From contig JACVCJ010000019.1 in NCBI GenBank assembly GCA_016742095.1, forward strand, positions 4,879 through 68,878: a stretch of DNA of 64,000 nt, in the 5' to 3' direction. Every line of letters begins with the position of its first letter. Position 1 is the stretch's first letter. Of this stretch, positions 1 to 9,920 are shown piece after piece. The position numbers and the translations under genes were made by a program. Under the pieces are notes generated by a model. The model worked only from the letters and a program-made list of their open reading frames with translations. It had not been told where the DNA came from and ran no database searches. The DNA comes from Bacteroidia bacterium. Lineage in GTDB: Bacteria; Bacteroidota; Bacteroidia; CAIKAF01.

Positions 1-1
1 C

Positions 2-754
2 CTGCCGCTAAATCTCGTATACCGCAGCATTAAGATACTGGAAAAGGAAGGCTACCTGCTTTTTGACGAGAGCAGCTATGCCCCGCCGCGCCTGCATTTT
101 ACGGCATCTTCCGAAGATGTGTATGCATTCGGCGTGCAACAGCCGGCCTATCGTTCCCTGATCCAGGCCCTGCTGCGTTCTTACCCGGGTTTGTTCAACG
201 AGCCCGTTAAAATTTCCCTGTTTGCCATGGCCCAGCGCACGGGCAAATCCGGAGACGATGTGGAAAAACAGCTGTTACAGTTGCAGAGAACGGGCCTGCT
301 GCGCTACGAACCCGAGTCGGAACTACCGGCCCTGGTATTCCTGAAAGAACGTTTCTCGCAGGACAACTTTACCCTGAGCCGCGCTATCTACGGCTCGCTG
401 AAAGAAAAGGCTCGGGCCCGTATGGAGGCCATGATCGCCTATGCCGAACGCACGGATAAATGCCGGAGCCGCCTGCTGACCGAATATTTCGGCGAAAACG
501 ACACCAGCGACTGCGGCATGTGCGATATCTGCAAGAAGAAGGACCGGCTGGAATTTTCGTTACAGGAATGCGAAGTGATGTACGGCCGTGCCCGCGATGT
601 GTTTGACGGAGAGCCGCTTTCGGCAGCCGGGCTCCTGGAACGGATCGGGTACCCGCTTTCAAAAAAAAACCTGCATTTAGTTCGTAATTGCGTAGAAAAA
701 GGTTTTTTTGTACTTGACAATGATCTAATAACCCAGATAACCGAAAGAAAATGA
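2..754 (+). CDS. recQ: RecQ-family ATP-dependent DNA helicase, C-terminal part (5' truncated by window edge)
   Basis: Frame is open from base 2; RecQ Zn-binding motif CRSRLLTEYFGE...DCGMCDIC. Confidence 0.85.
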   Translation: MPLNLVYRSIKILEKEGYLLFDESSYAPPRLHFTASSEDVYAFGVQQPAYRSLIQALLRSYPGLFNEPVKISLFAMAQRTGKSGDDVEKQLLQLQRTGLLRYEPESELPALVFLKERFSQDNFTLSRAIYGSLKEKARARMEAMIAYAERTDKCRSRLLTEYFGENDTSDCGMCDICKKKDRLEFSLQECEVMYGRARDVFDGEPLSAAGLLERIGYPLSKKNLHLVRNCVEKGFFVLDNDLITQITERK

Positions 755-1755
755 AACATGCCAGGATAACAGGAGTGGGGCATTACGTGCCCGAACGCGT
801 CGTACCCAACGCCGAACTCGAAAACTATATGGATACCACCAGCGAGTGGATCATCGAACGTACCGGTATCGAGGAACGCCGCTTCGTGGACTACGGACGA
901 GAAACCAATACCTATATGTCGGCACGCGCCTCGGAAATGGCCCTGAAAAGAGCGGGGCTGCAGGCTACCGATATCGATTGTATCGTTTTTGCAACCCTCA
1001 GTCCCGATTATTATTTCCCGGGCAACGGCGTACTTTTACAGCGCGAACTGGGCATTGCCTCCACGCATATTCCCTGCATCGACCTGCGCGCGCAGTGCGG
1101 CGGTTTTATCTACGCCCTGTCGGTGGCCGATCAGTTCATTAAGTCGGGCATGTACCGCAATATACTGGTGGCCTGTTCCGAAGTACAGTCGAACCTGATG
1201 GAACTGAGCGACCGTGGCCGCAGCATGAGCGTGATCTTCGGCGATGGCGCGGGATCGGTGGTATTGCAGGCGCACGACCAGGAAGGCCAAGGCATTTTAT
1301 CCACGCACCTGCATTCCGACGGTACCCTGGCCGAAGAACTGATCATGAAAAACCCGGGTACCCTGCAGGAAAAGCGAATGACGCCCGAAATGCTGGAAGA
1401 CGGTTCCATGCTGCCTTATATGAACGGCAACCTGGTATTCAAGCATGCCGTGGTACACTTCGAGAACGTGATCCGCGAAGCGCTTGAGCATAATAAACTG
1501 GGTGTGGACGACATCAGCCTGCTGATACCCCACCAGGCCAACCTGCGTATATCGAAATACATACAGGGTAAACTGGGCCTGCCCGACGAGCGGGTCTTCA
1601 ACAATATCCAGAAATACGGAAACACAACGGCCGCATCCATTCCTATTGCACTGAGTGAAGCCTGGGAAGCCGGCCGTGTAAAAGAAGGCGATCTGCTTTG
1701 TTTTGCGGCTTTCGGCAGCGGTTTCGTGTGGGGATCGACCCTGGTACGGTTCTGA
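751..1755 (+). CDS. fabH: 3-oxoacyl-ACP synthase III
   Basis: WIIERTGIEERR, catalytic Cys (AQCGGF), FGDGAG, PHQAN, YGNTTAASIP, AFGSG motifs. Confidence 0.95.
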   Translation: MKHARITGVGHYVPERVVPNAELENYMDTTSEWIIERTGIEERRFVDYGRETNTYMSARASEMALKRAGLQATDIDCIVFATLSPDYYFPGNGVLLQRELGIASTHIPCIDLRAQCGGFIYALSVADQFIKSGMYRNILVACSEVQSNLMELSDRGRSMSVIFGDGAGSVVLQAHDQEGQGILSTHLHSDGTLAEELIMKNPGTLQEKRMTPEMLEDGSMLPYMNGNLVFKHAVVHFENVIREALEHNKLGVDDISLLIPHQANLRISKYIQGKLGLPDERVFNNIQKYGNTTAASIPIALSEAWEAGRVKEGDLLCFAAFGSGFVWGSTLVRF

Positions 1756-1760
1756 CCGTT

Positions 1761-2519
1761 TTATTTTTCGAGATGGGGTTTCAGACGTTCCGTTACTTTT
1801 TCGGCCCAGCGTAAGGCGGTTTTGCCATAGAAATGTGCCGAAGTGAGTGTATCGTTACCCACTACATCGTCGCTGCGCACCAGCGGAATTTTATATTTGG
1901 TGGTGGTACGGATAATGGGATCGATGCGTTCGGAAAAACGACTCCTGCGGAAAGGTCCTACCCATATAATGTGCGTGGAAGGCGCATTGGTCTGTATGAT
2001 CTTGATGAGATCGTCGTGTGCATTGGTGTAATTACTGCCGAGCGCAATGATCAGGTAATCGGGCAGCAGCACCTTAAGGTAGGAACCCAGCTTGCCGCCG
2101 TGATTTTTCAGGATGACTTCGCCGGTGTATACGCCCGAACGTTCCAGCACGCGTACCTTGGCTTTGTCCGCAATGATCTCGCCTTTTCTACTTTCCCGGA
2201 TCTTATAGCCGCAGCAGAAATTTTTAAGTGTCTGTGTAAAATGCATGGTGCCCGCGCCGCCGATGCCCAGTGAGATCACATCGAACATATCGAGCTTATG
2301 GATCTTACGGTGCAGGTATTCCCCGAAATCGCCCACCAGGTGGGAGTCACCGATGATCAGTACCCGGGGTGCCACCGCCGAATCTGCCGGTATCAGCGCG
2401 TCCTGGGCATACAGGGCCGGCTGTATCAACATACAGAACAGCAGGGGCAGCAGACGCGTGGAAAGCGCATGTTGCTTTGCAGTTACGGATCGCGGAAGGC
2501 ATTTCTGGAGGAAAATCAT
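1761..2519 (-). CDS. Secreted SGNH/GDSL-like hydrolase (start uncertain)
   Basis: IIGDSH block I, LGSN block III, C-terminal His (SAHF); signal-peptide-like segment ending ALYAQ. Confidence 0.65.
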   Translation of the reverse strand: MIFLQKCLPRSVTAKQHALSTRLLPLLFCMLIQPALYAQDALIPADSAVAPRVLIIGDSHLVGDFGEYLHRKIHKLDMFDVISLGIGGAGTMHFTQTLKNFCCGYKIRESRKGEIIADKAKVRVLERSGVYTGEVILKNHGGKLGSYLKVLLPDYLIIALGSNYTNAHDDLIKIIQTNAPSTHIIWVGPFRRSRFSERIDPIIRTTTKYKIPLVRSDDVVGNDTLTSAHFYGKTALRWAEKVTERLKPHLEK

Positions 2520-2591
2520 AGACCAAAGGGTTTCTGAATGCAAAATAATGTAATTTTATCCGACTAATTCAACATTGAATTCAAATTATTT

Positions 2592-5150
2592 ATGCCCTGT
2601 ACAAAACTGCTGGACCTGAAACAGATCCTTACCCTTACGGCCTTTACGCTGACCCTGCATGCCGCCGCGCAGGTAAAGACCCATATTTTCCGTTTTCATC
2701 CGTATTGGCTCGATCAGCCGCAGGCGGTGAAAAATAACGAAGAACGTAAAAAAGAGATATTCCGCCAGATGTATACGCAGGCCCGCTCTTCGCAGGAGGC
2801 TCTGCTTGCAAAAATGGAACTCTATCCCGGAGTGTCGGCCATACGTCCGCTTACCGTGATAAACGCCGTACTGGCGGATTGCAGTCCGCAGACGGCCGCG
2901 CTCCTGGCACAGGAGTTTCCCTATGTGGATATTACAGATATCAGCGAATACCGTTATAAAATGCACGAACCCGTAGCTATGCGCCCCGATGAAGGTAACG
3001 CTGCAGAAAAGGCGGCCGGCGCTGCGGAACCCGGCGTTCTTGCCATTGGTACCCGCGCCATGTGGCAGATGGGCTATACGGGAAAAGGTGTAAAAGTGCT
3101 GAGTTTCGATACAGGCGTGTGGCCCGAACATCCTGCACTGGGTGGTCGCTTCATGGGGAATTTCTACCGTTATTCCCAGACCTGGACCGGTTATTTTGCC
3201 GAAGAACCCCGCGATAAAAGCAGCAGTCACGGTACGCACACGCTGGGTACCATGCTGGGCCTGCAGGCGCAGAATGCCGACACGCTGGGGATCGCCTTCA
3301 AAGCCTATTTTATGTCCACCGACCCCATTGTTTCAGACCTCGCCGATCTGCTGCCTTTTGCCACCATTATTGCCGCGTACGACTGGGCCCTGAACCCGGA
3401 CAACGATACCTCCACCGTATCCGATATGCCCGATGTGATCTGCAATAGCTGGGGCTGGGTAGACCCGCCCGATGCGGCGCTCTGCACCGGTTTTGTGCTG
3501 GATATGCTCGAGAATATTGAGAATGCCGGTATCGCCAGTGAATTTTCGGCCGGTAACGAAGGCCCGGGTTCTACCACGGTAGGCGCTCCGGCATTTGTTA
3601 CCTCGAACCTCGTAAATGCCTTTGCCGTGGGTGCCATCAACGGGAATACGCCTTCGTACCCGATCGCCTCTTTTTCGAGCCGAGGTCCGGGCGTATGCGG
3701 CGGTGCAGGCGGACTTGCCATTAAACCCGAAGTGGTGGCGCCTGGTGTGAACGTACGTTCCTGCATCGGTACCAACAGCTATGCTTTTTACGACGGAACG
3801 TCCATGGCCGGTCCGCACGTGGCGGGCGCGCTCATGCTGCTGCGCGAGGCCTTCCCGGCGGCTACCGCTAAAGAACTGAAGGAATCGCTTTATTTTACGG
3901 CGGTCGATCTCGGCACTCCCGGCGAAGACGATACCTACGGAATGGGCATCATACACCTGCCATCGGCCTTTACGTACCTGCAGGGCCTGGGTTATACGGC
4001 GGCCACACCGGCAGATCAGACCAGCGACCTGGCCGTGGAACTGCTCGATCATCCCGGGAACTGGGCCTGCGACGCCACCTGGCAACCTATATACGAATTT
4101 CACAACGACGCTGCCATACCGGTTTCCGCCTTCCGTTATAAAATTGTACACAATGATGTAGTGGTGGATTCAGGCACCATAACCCAGACCATTGCCGCGG
4201 GGGCCGACTGGACCTTCAATACCGGCACCACGATCACCTGGGCGGCCGGCCGCAACGAAGTATGGCTGCACGTAGAGAACCTTTCGTATACAGAACGCGA
4301 TATCATCAATAACAACTCCAACTTCCGTACCACCTACCAGCCGGATGAAGTTTTGCCTTATTCCATGCCTTTTAATTCGGTACAGGGCGAATGGGCCGAC
4401 TGGGAGATCCGGAACCCCGATGGCCTGCGCACCTGGGAAATGCTGCCTTCGAACGGTATGCTGTATTGTGACAGTAGTGTGGTGATGCGTTTTCCGCTGT
4501 ACGTGAACGGCGCCGGCGCGGCCAAAATGGATTACCTGGTGAGTCCGCCGGTGTTTATACCGAATACGGCCGATACCGTGTATGCCTCGTTCTGGGCGGC
4601 GTACCACCTGCGCCTCACGAACCAGAGAGATACCGTGCAGCTGCTGGCGGCCACGGACTGCAAACAGAATTTCAATACCGTACTTTTTACCGGTGATAAA
4701 AGCAACCTGACCACCTATACGGCCACTACGCCGGTGCTGTTCATTCCCTCGCTGGAAGAACACTGGAAGCACCACCTGGTGCCCCTGCACGATACGCTGA
4801 AGGGCCGTACGCTGTATTTTGCCTTCCGCACAAAGAACTACCAGGGCGGCAATTACTATATGAACAAGTTTGCCGTACACACGGGCAGCAATTACACAGG
4901 GCTGGAAACAGTTGTGGACGGCACCTTTGATGTATATCCGAACCCGGCTGCCGATGTAGTGAACGTGCGCGCTAATAACCAGGGTTTTGACGAACTGCAG
5001 CTGAGCGATATGCAGGGTAAAACGGTGTATATACTGAAAACCCCGGGAGCACAAACGGCACAGCTGCCAGTACACGCACTGGCGCCGGGTATGTACCTGT
5101 TAACGGTGAAACATAAACAGGGACGGTCTGTATACAAAATAATACACTAA
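2592..5150 (+). CDS. S8 subtilisin-like serine peptidase with T9SS type A sorting domain
   Basis: Catalytic triad FDTG / SHGTH / GTSMAGP; C-terminal VYPNPA...L.PGMYLL sorting motif. Confidence 0.92.
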   Translation: MPCTKLLDLKQILTLTAFTLTLHAAAQVKTHIFRFHPYWLDQPQAVKNNEERKKEIFRQMYTQARSSQEALLAKMELYPGVSAIRPLTVINAVLADCSPQTAALLAQEFPYVDITDISEYRYKMHEPVAMRPDEGNAAEKAAGAAEPGVLAIGTRAMWQMGYTGKGVKVLSFDTGVWPEHPALGGRFMGNFYRYSQTWTGYFAEEPRDKSSSHGTHTLGTMLGLQAQNADTLGIAFKAYFMSTDPIVSDLADLLPFATIIAAYDWALNPDNDTSTVSDMPDVICNSWGWVDPPDAALCTGFVLDMLENIENAGIASEFSAGNEGPGSTTVGAPAFVTSNLVNAFAVGAINGNTPSYPIASFSSRGPGVCGGAGGLAIKPEVVAPGVNVRSCIGTNSYAFYDGTSMAGPHVAGALMLLREAFPAATAKELKESLYFTAVDLGTPGEDDTYGMGIIHLPSAFTYLQGLGYTAATPADQTSDLAVELLDHPGNWACDATWQPIYEFHNDAAIPVSAFRYKIVHNDVVVDSGTITQTIAAGADWTFNTGTTITWAAGRNEVWLHVENLSYTERDIINNNSNFRTTYQPDEVLPYSMPFNSVQGEWADWEIRNPDGLRTWEMLPSNGMLYCDSSVVMRFPLYVNGAGAAKMDYLVSPPVFIPNTADTVYASFWAAYHLRLTNQRDTVQLLAATDCKQNFNTVLFTGDKSNLTTYTATTPVLFIPSLEEHWKHHLVPLHDTLKGRTLYFAFRTKNYQGGNYYMNKFAVHTGSNYTGLETVVDGTFDVYPNPAADVVNVRANNQGFDELQLSDMQGKTVYILKTPGAQTAQLPVHALAPGMYLLTVKHKQGRSVYKIIH

Positions 5151-6370
5151 CGGGTATTTTCCCAGATAAAACGGGTGGCCCCGGCGTGCGTTTCTACGTA
5201 TTCGCGGGCCTGTTTGCCCATGTACCTGCGTTCTTCGTTATGCGCAAGAAGCGTACGAATGCATTCCGCTATTTCGGCCTGGGTGGCAAAAGCGGCTCCT
5301 CCCTTGCATTTGCGCAGGTTTACGGCTTCGTAGAACCTGGTATGTACCGGTCCGAATAATACCGGGTTCCCGAAAACGGCCGGTTCCATGGTGTTGTGCA
5401 CCGCTTTGCCGAAGCCGCCGCCTACGTACACGATGTCGCCATAGTAATAGGCCGCCGCCAGCTGCCCCATGGTATCGAGCACCAGCAGTTCGGCAGAGGC
5501 CAGTTCTGCGGAACCGGCACGGGTGTAGCGTACGCCGTTAAAGCCCATATTGTGGCAGAGCTTTTCTATAAAAGCTTCGTCCAGGTTATGCGGGGCCACC
5601 AGTATACAAACTTCGTTACGGATGGAAAGCAGGCCGCTTAATACAGCTTCGTCCGCAGGCCACATACTGCCCAGGATCACCAGGGGTTTATCCCGTTTGA
5701 ACTGCCGTATCTTTTCATTTTCCTGCACCTGGTCGCGGATCTCGATCACGCGGTCGAGCCGGGTATCGCCGCAGACCTTTACCTGTTCAATACCGTACCG
5801 TTCCAGCAGACCGCGGCTGCGTTCATCCTGCACAAAAAGCAGGCGGAAACCGCTCAGGCATTTGCGGAACCAGGCCCCGTAGGAGCGGAAGAACACCTGC
5901 TGCGGCCGGAAAAGCCCGGAGATAAGGTACAGCGGTATTTGACGTTCCTGCACGGCATACAGCATGTGGAACCAGAATTCATATTTCACGAACCACACCT
6001 CATCGGGCCGGAACAGGTCCAGGAAGGCCCGGGCACGCGCCGGTGTATCGTGGGGCAGGTAGCCCACCCAGTCGGCATGCGCATAGTTCTTACGTACCTC
6101 ATATCCCGAAGGCGAGAAAAAGGTCAGAATGATCTGCACGGAAGGTTCCTCTCGTTTATACAGCTCGATCAGGGGCCGGGCCTGTTCAAATTCGCCCAGG
6201 GACGCGCAGTGGAACCAGACCGTTTTTCCTTTTTTTTCGAAGGTAGCCGGGTAGGCCTGTTTCTTACGTCCGGCCGTCCACAGCGCCGCTTTTTTTACAA
6301 AAGGCGAGGCCAGTTGCAGGGCGGTGGAATAGGCCCGTACCGAACAGCTGTAAAAAAAGGGGATCAGCAT
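5147..6370 (-). CDS. waaA: 3-deoxy-D-manno-octulosonic acid (Kdo) transferase
   Basis: WFHCASLGEF, TFFSPSG, KYEFW, GDTRLD, YVGGGF...HNTMEPA motifs. Confidence 0.93.
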   Translation of the reverse strand: MLIPFFYSCSVRAYSTALQLASPFVKKAALWTAGRKKQAYPATFEKKGKTVWFHCASLGEFEQARPLIELYKREEPSVQIILTFFSPSGYEVRKNYAHADWVGYLPHDTPARARAFLDLFRPDEVWFVKYEFWFHMLYAVQERQIPLYLISGLFRPQQVFFRSYGAWFRKCLSGFRLLFVQDERSRGLLERYGIEQVKVCGDTRLDRVIEIRDQVQENEKIRQFKRDKPLVILGSMWPADEAVLSGLLSIRNEVCILVAPHNLDEAFIEKLCHNMGFNGVRYTRAGSAELASAELLVLDTMGQLAAAYYYGDIVYVGGGFGKAVHNTMEPAVFGNPVLFGPVHTRFYEAVNLRKCKGGAAFATQAEIAECIRTLLAHNEERRYMGKQAREYVETHAGATRFIWENTR

Positions 6371-7065
6371 TTTACCGTCTTTTTCTTTTTGGTATAACTA
6401 CCCCGGGCAATGGCTTTATCGATATACGTAACCACCTGCGGTACTTCGCAGCTGGTCTTGCCCAGGTCTACATGAACTTCCCCGATATCGGCCGCCGCTT
6501 TTTTACAGGCATCCGTGAACGCGGGATCGGCAGCCCCGGTAGTGATCAGGAAATTGTTCATGGAATAACGGGCCCGGTTGGGCGCCTGTTGCAGCGTTTC
6601 CCGTACCCGGCCGATCAGGCTGAGGTAGAGGTCCTTGTCGATGGGAATATTCAGCTGGGTACGATAGGCGAGTGTGTACCAGCCGGCAGAAAGCAGCAGT
6701 TCAGAATTGGAATCGATCCATTCCAGCGCACATTCCTGACCGGCCGTGCTTTCAGCGGCATTCCAGGCCACACTGTAATCGCTGATCATATGCCAGGACG
6801 CATGATCGGCCCAGTAGCGCAGTTCGTTCCCGTCCATTTTTTTCGGGTCGGCGATCAGTCCGGCATAATACTGGGCATCCGAAATGCCCGTGCGGTAAAG
6901 CTCCAGGGCCAGCACATGATCTTTGCCGGTCAGTTTCATCAGCGTTTTCATATCGCCTATTTTTACACCCATCAGGGATTCGGGTGCGCCGTGATTACTC
7001 AGCACGTTCTTTATCGTAGCGCTGCTGTGGTCTTTCAGCCATTGCATTACTTCCGCTGTATTCAT
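6364..7065 (-). CDS. DNA alkylation repair protein (AlkD-like HEAT repeat)
   Basis: GVKIGDMK, KDHVLALELY, RYSMNNF, VDLGKTSCEVP family patterns. Confidence 0.8.
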   Translation of the reverse strand: MNTAEVMQWLKDHSSATIKNVLSNHGAPESLMGVKIGDMKTLMKLTGKDHVLALELYRTGISDAQYYAGLIADPKKMDGNELRYWADHASWHMISDYSVAWNAAESTAGQECALEWIDSNSELLLSAGWYTLAYRTQLNIPIDKDLYLSLIGRVRETLQQAPNRARYSMNNFLITTGAADPAFTDACKKAAADIGEVHVDLGKTSCEVPQVVTYIDKAIARGSYTKKKKTVKC

Positions 7066-7205
7066 AACCGGATCGTTTTAACTGCGAAGTTCCGATTTTA
7101 TCGTTAATCGACCAATTTCCGGCCGAATTATCAGCCGGCGTTCATAAATGGAAGCGGCAGGCATCCGATCTCTGCGGAAATTTGAGTAGGTTTGCACACA
7201 GCAAG

Positions 7206-9122
7206 ATGAAAGCAGCGATAATTGCCGGCGGAAAAGGCACCCGTTTACAGCATCAGTATACCGTACCCAAACCCCTGGTTCCGGTGGCGGGTAAACCTGT
7301 ATTGCAATACCAGCTGGAACTGCTTTCCCGCTTCCAGATCACGGAAGTGGTGCTGCTGCTCGGGCATGGCTCGGAACAGATCATGGATTTCTGCGGCGAC
7401 GGTTCGCGCTGGGGCCTGCACATCGAGTATTCCATAGAACCTGAGCCCCTCGGTACGGCCGGGGCGGTACGCTATGCCGCGGAGCATTTCAGCGACGATT
7501 TCCTGGTGATGCATGCCGACATGGCCATCAATATGGACCTGCGCCGCTTTATCCGTTACCACCGCAACAACAAGGCCGAAGCCACCCTGGCGGTGCATCC
7601 GGCTGAATTTCCATCGGAGAACGATCTGCTCGACTGTGACGGGAATGGCCGCATCACGGCCTTTTACCCGCAGCCGCACCGGAACGGCAACTGGTACCGG
7701 AACTTGGCCGCCGCATCGGTATACATACTGAGTCCGGCCATTGTACAGGGCATTCCGGAAGGCCCGCAGGACTTTATGCAGGATGTGTTCCCGGCCCTGT
7801 ACCATAAACACACGCTTTTTGCCTACAATACGGTGGAATACATTCGCGAAATGCCTACGCCCGCGAGGGTGGAGCAGGTGGCCCGCGACATGGAATCGGG
7901 CCGTTTCAGCCTGGCTTCCTATGAACATCAGCAGAAAGCGATCTTCTTTGACCGCGACGGAGTGCTGAACCTGGACCCCGGTTTTGTAAAGCATCCCGAC
8001 GAACTGCTGCTGTATCCCTTTACCGCGGAGGCCGTGCGCCTGGCCAACCAGAGCGTATATGCATCCGTGGTGGTCACGAACCAGAGCGGAATTGCCCGCA
8101 ATATGTATACCGAACAGGACCTGCGCCAGATCCACAATAAGCTGGAATGGCTGCTGGGACAGGAAGGCGCCCGGCTGGACGCGATCTACTACTGTCCGCA
8201 CCATCCGGACCTGACGCCGGAGGGCGGTGATCCGCAGTTCCGCCAGGTGTGCGACTGCCGCAAACCTAAGCCGGGTATGCTGCTGAAGGCGGCCCGCGCG
8301 TTCTGCATAGACCTGCGCGAGTCCTGGATGATCGGCGATACCCACCGCGATATAGAAGCCGCCAAAGCCGCCGGCGTAACACCCGTAGGCGTACGCACCG
8401 GCCATTCGCTCTCGGATACCGACGAAAAACCCGATTTTTTCTTCGATAATGTACTCGATGCGGTGGACTTTATCGTGAACAATCCCTGCGAAGAACTTTT
8501 CATCGAAATATACAGGCAGTACCTGCAACACCGGAACGAGCGGGGCGACCGGCCTTTTATCATTGCCATGGGCGGCAACAGCGGCTCCGGCAAGAGTACG
8601 GTGGCGGCCTCGCTGCGCAAAAAGTTCAACGATATCGAAGAAACGGCGCTCACCATACATCTCGATCACTGGATAAAACCGGCCCACCTGCGCCATGCGA
8701 ACGAGAACGTATTTTCGCGTTTCCGCCTCGACGACCTCGACGAAGATATGGAAGCCCTGCTGCAGGGCGAGATCATCAGCATTCCCAAGTACGATATGCA
8801 GAGCCGGGCGCATAAAGGCCATATACTGTACGGACTGGGCGCTTCGCGCATTGTGATCGTCGAAGGAGTGCCGGCCCTGGCTTCGGCCGTGTGTAATGCA
8901 CATGCCCACCTGAAAATATTCTGCGATGTGCCCGAAGAACTGTACCGGCAGCGCTTTTTTGCCCGCTATATCTGGAAAGGGCTCGATGAACAGATCATAC
9001 AGCAGCTTTTCGAAGAACGCAAGAACGACGAACGTCCCTTTATCGATCCCCTGCGTGCCAACGCAGATATTATATTTACACTAAATGCAGAAAATCATGA
9101 CAGATTCCGGCGTAATAGCTAA
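7206..9122 (+). CDS. Fusion: sugar-phosphate nucleotidyltransferase + GmhB-like HAD-IIIA phosphatase + uridine kinase-like P-loop domain
   Basis: AGGKGTRL..PKPL and EPLGTAGA; FFDRDGVLN, VTNQSG, CPHHP..CDCRKP, IGD; GGNSGSGKST, HLDHW, IVEG. Confidence 0.88.
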   Translation: MKAAIIAGGKGTRLQHQYTVPKPLVPVAGKPVLQYQLELLSRFQITEVVLLLGHGSEQIMDFCGDGSRWGLHIEYSIEPEPLGTAGAVRYAAEHFSDDFLVMHADMAINMDLRRFIRYHRNNKAEATLAVHPAEFPSENDLLDCDGNGRITAFYPQPHRNGNWYRNLAAASVYILSPAIVQGIPEGPQDFMQDVFPALYHKHTLFAYNTVEYIREMPTPARVEQVARDMESGRFSLASYEHQQKAIFFDRDGVLNLDPGFVKHPDELLLYPFTAEAVRLANQSVYASVVVTNQSGIARNMYTEQDLRQIHNKLEWLLGQEGARLDAIYYCPHHPDLTPEGGDPQFRQVCDCRKPKPGMLLKAARAFCIDLRESWMIGDTHRDIEAAKAAGVTPVGVRTGHSLSDTDEKPDFFFDNVLDAVDFIVNNPCEELFIEIYRQYLQHRNERGDRPFIIAMGGNSGSGKSTVAASLRKKFNDIEETALTIHLDHWIKPAHLRHANENVFSRFRLDDLDEDMEALLQGEIISIPKYDMQSRAHKGHILYGLGASRIVIVEGVPALASAVCNAHAHLKIFCDVPEELYRQRFFARYIWKGLDEQIIQQLFEERKNDERPFIDPLRANADIIFTLNAENHDRFRRNS

Positions 9123-9918
9123 GATCGAGGCCGCATGGAACGACCGCAGCCTCTTACAGGATAAAGAAACACAGGTAGCCATCCGCGACGTGGTGGATGC
9201 CCTGGACAGGGGAACCCTGCGCGTGGCCGAACCCTCGGAGAACGGCTGGAAAGTGAACGACTGGGTGAAAAAAGCCGTGATCCTGTACTTTCCCATACAG
9301 AAAATGCAGGTGATCGAAGTGGGGCCTTTTGAGTTCCACGATAAAATGAAACTGAAAAAAAACTATGCCGGACTGGGTGTACGTGTGGTACCGCATGCCG
9401 TGGCCCGTTACGGGGCCTTCATCGCTTCGGGTACCATACTGATGCCGAGTTATGTGAACATCGGTGCGTATGTGGACAGCGGTACCATGGTGGATACCTG
9501 GGCTACCGTAGGTTCCTGCGCGCAGATCGGCAAAAATGTACACCTGAGCGGTGGTGTAGGCATCGGCGGTGTGCTGGAGCCCGTGCAGGCGGCCCCGGTG
9601 ATCATCGAGGACAACTGTTTCATCGGTTCGCGCTGTATCGTGGTGGAAGGCGCCCTGATCGAAAAAGAAGCCGTACTGGGCGCCAATGTGGTCATTACCG
9701 GTTCTACCAAAATTATTGACGTTACAGGGCCGGAACCGGTAGAATATAAAGGCCGGGTACCTGCGCGCAGCGTGGTGATACCGGGTTCCTACACCAAAAA
9801 ATTCCCGGCCGGCGAATACCAGGTGCCCTGCGCCCTGATCATCGGTCAGCGCAAGGAAAGTACCGACCTTAAAACCTCGCTCAACGACGCGCTCCGCGAC
9901 CATAACGTAGCCGTATAA
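9097..9918 (+). CDS. dapD: 2,3,4,5-tetrahydropyridine-2,6-dicarboxylate N-succinyltransferase
   Basis: MPSYVNIGAYVD, DTWATVGSCAQIG, GGVLEP hexapeptide-repeat signature. Confidence 0.96.
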   Translation: MTDSGVIAKIEAAWNDRSLLQDKETQVAIRDVVDALDRGTLRVAEPSENGWKVNDWVKKAVILYFPIQKMQVIEVGPFEFHDKMKLKKNYAGLGVRVVPHAVARYGAFIASGTILMPSYVNIGAYVDSGTMVDTWATVGSCAQIGKNVHLSGGVGIGGVLEPVQAAPVIIEDNCFIGSRCIVVEGALIEKEAVLGANVVITGSTKIIDVTGPEPVEYKGRVPARSVVIPGSYTKKFPAGEYQVPCALIIGQRKESTDLKTSLNDALRDHNVAV

Positions 9919-9920
9919 AG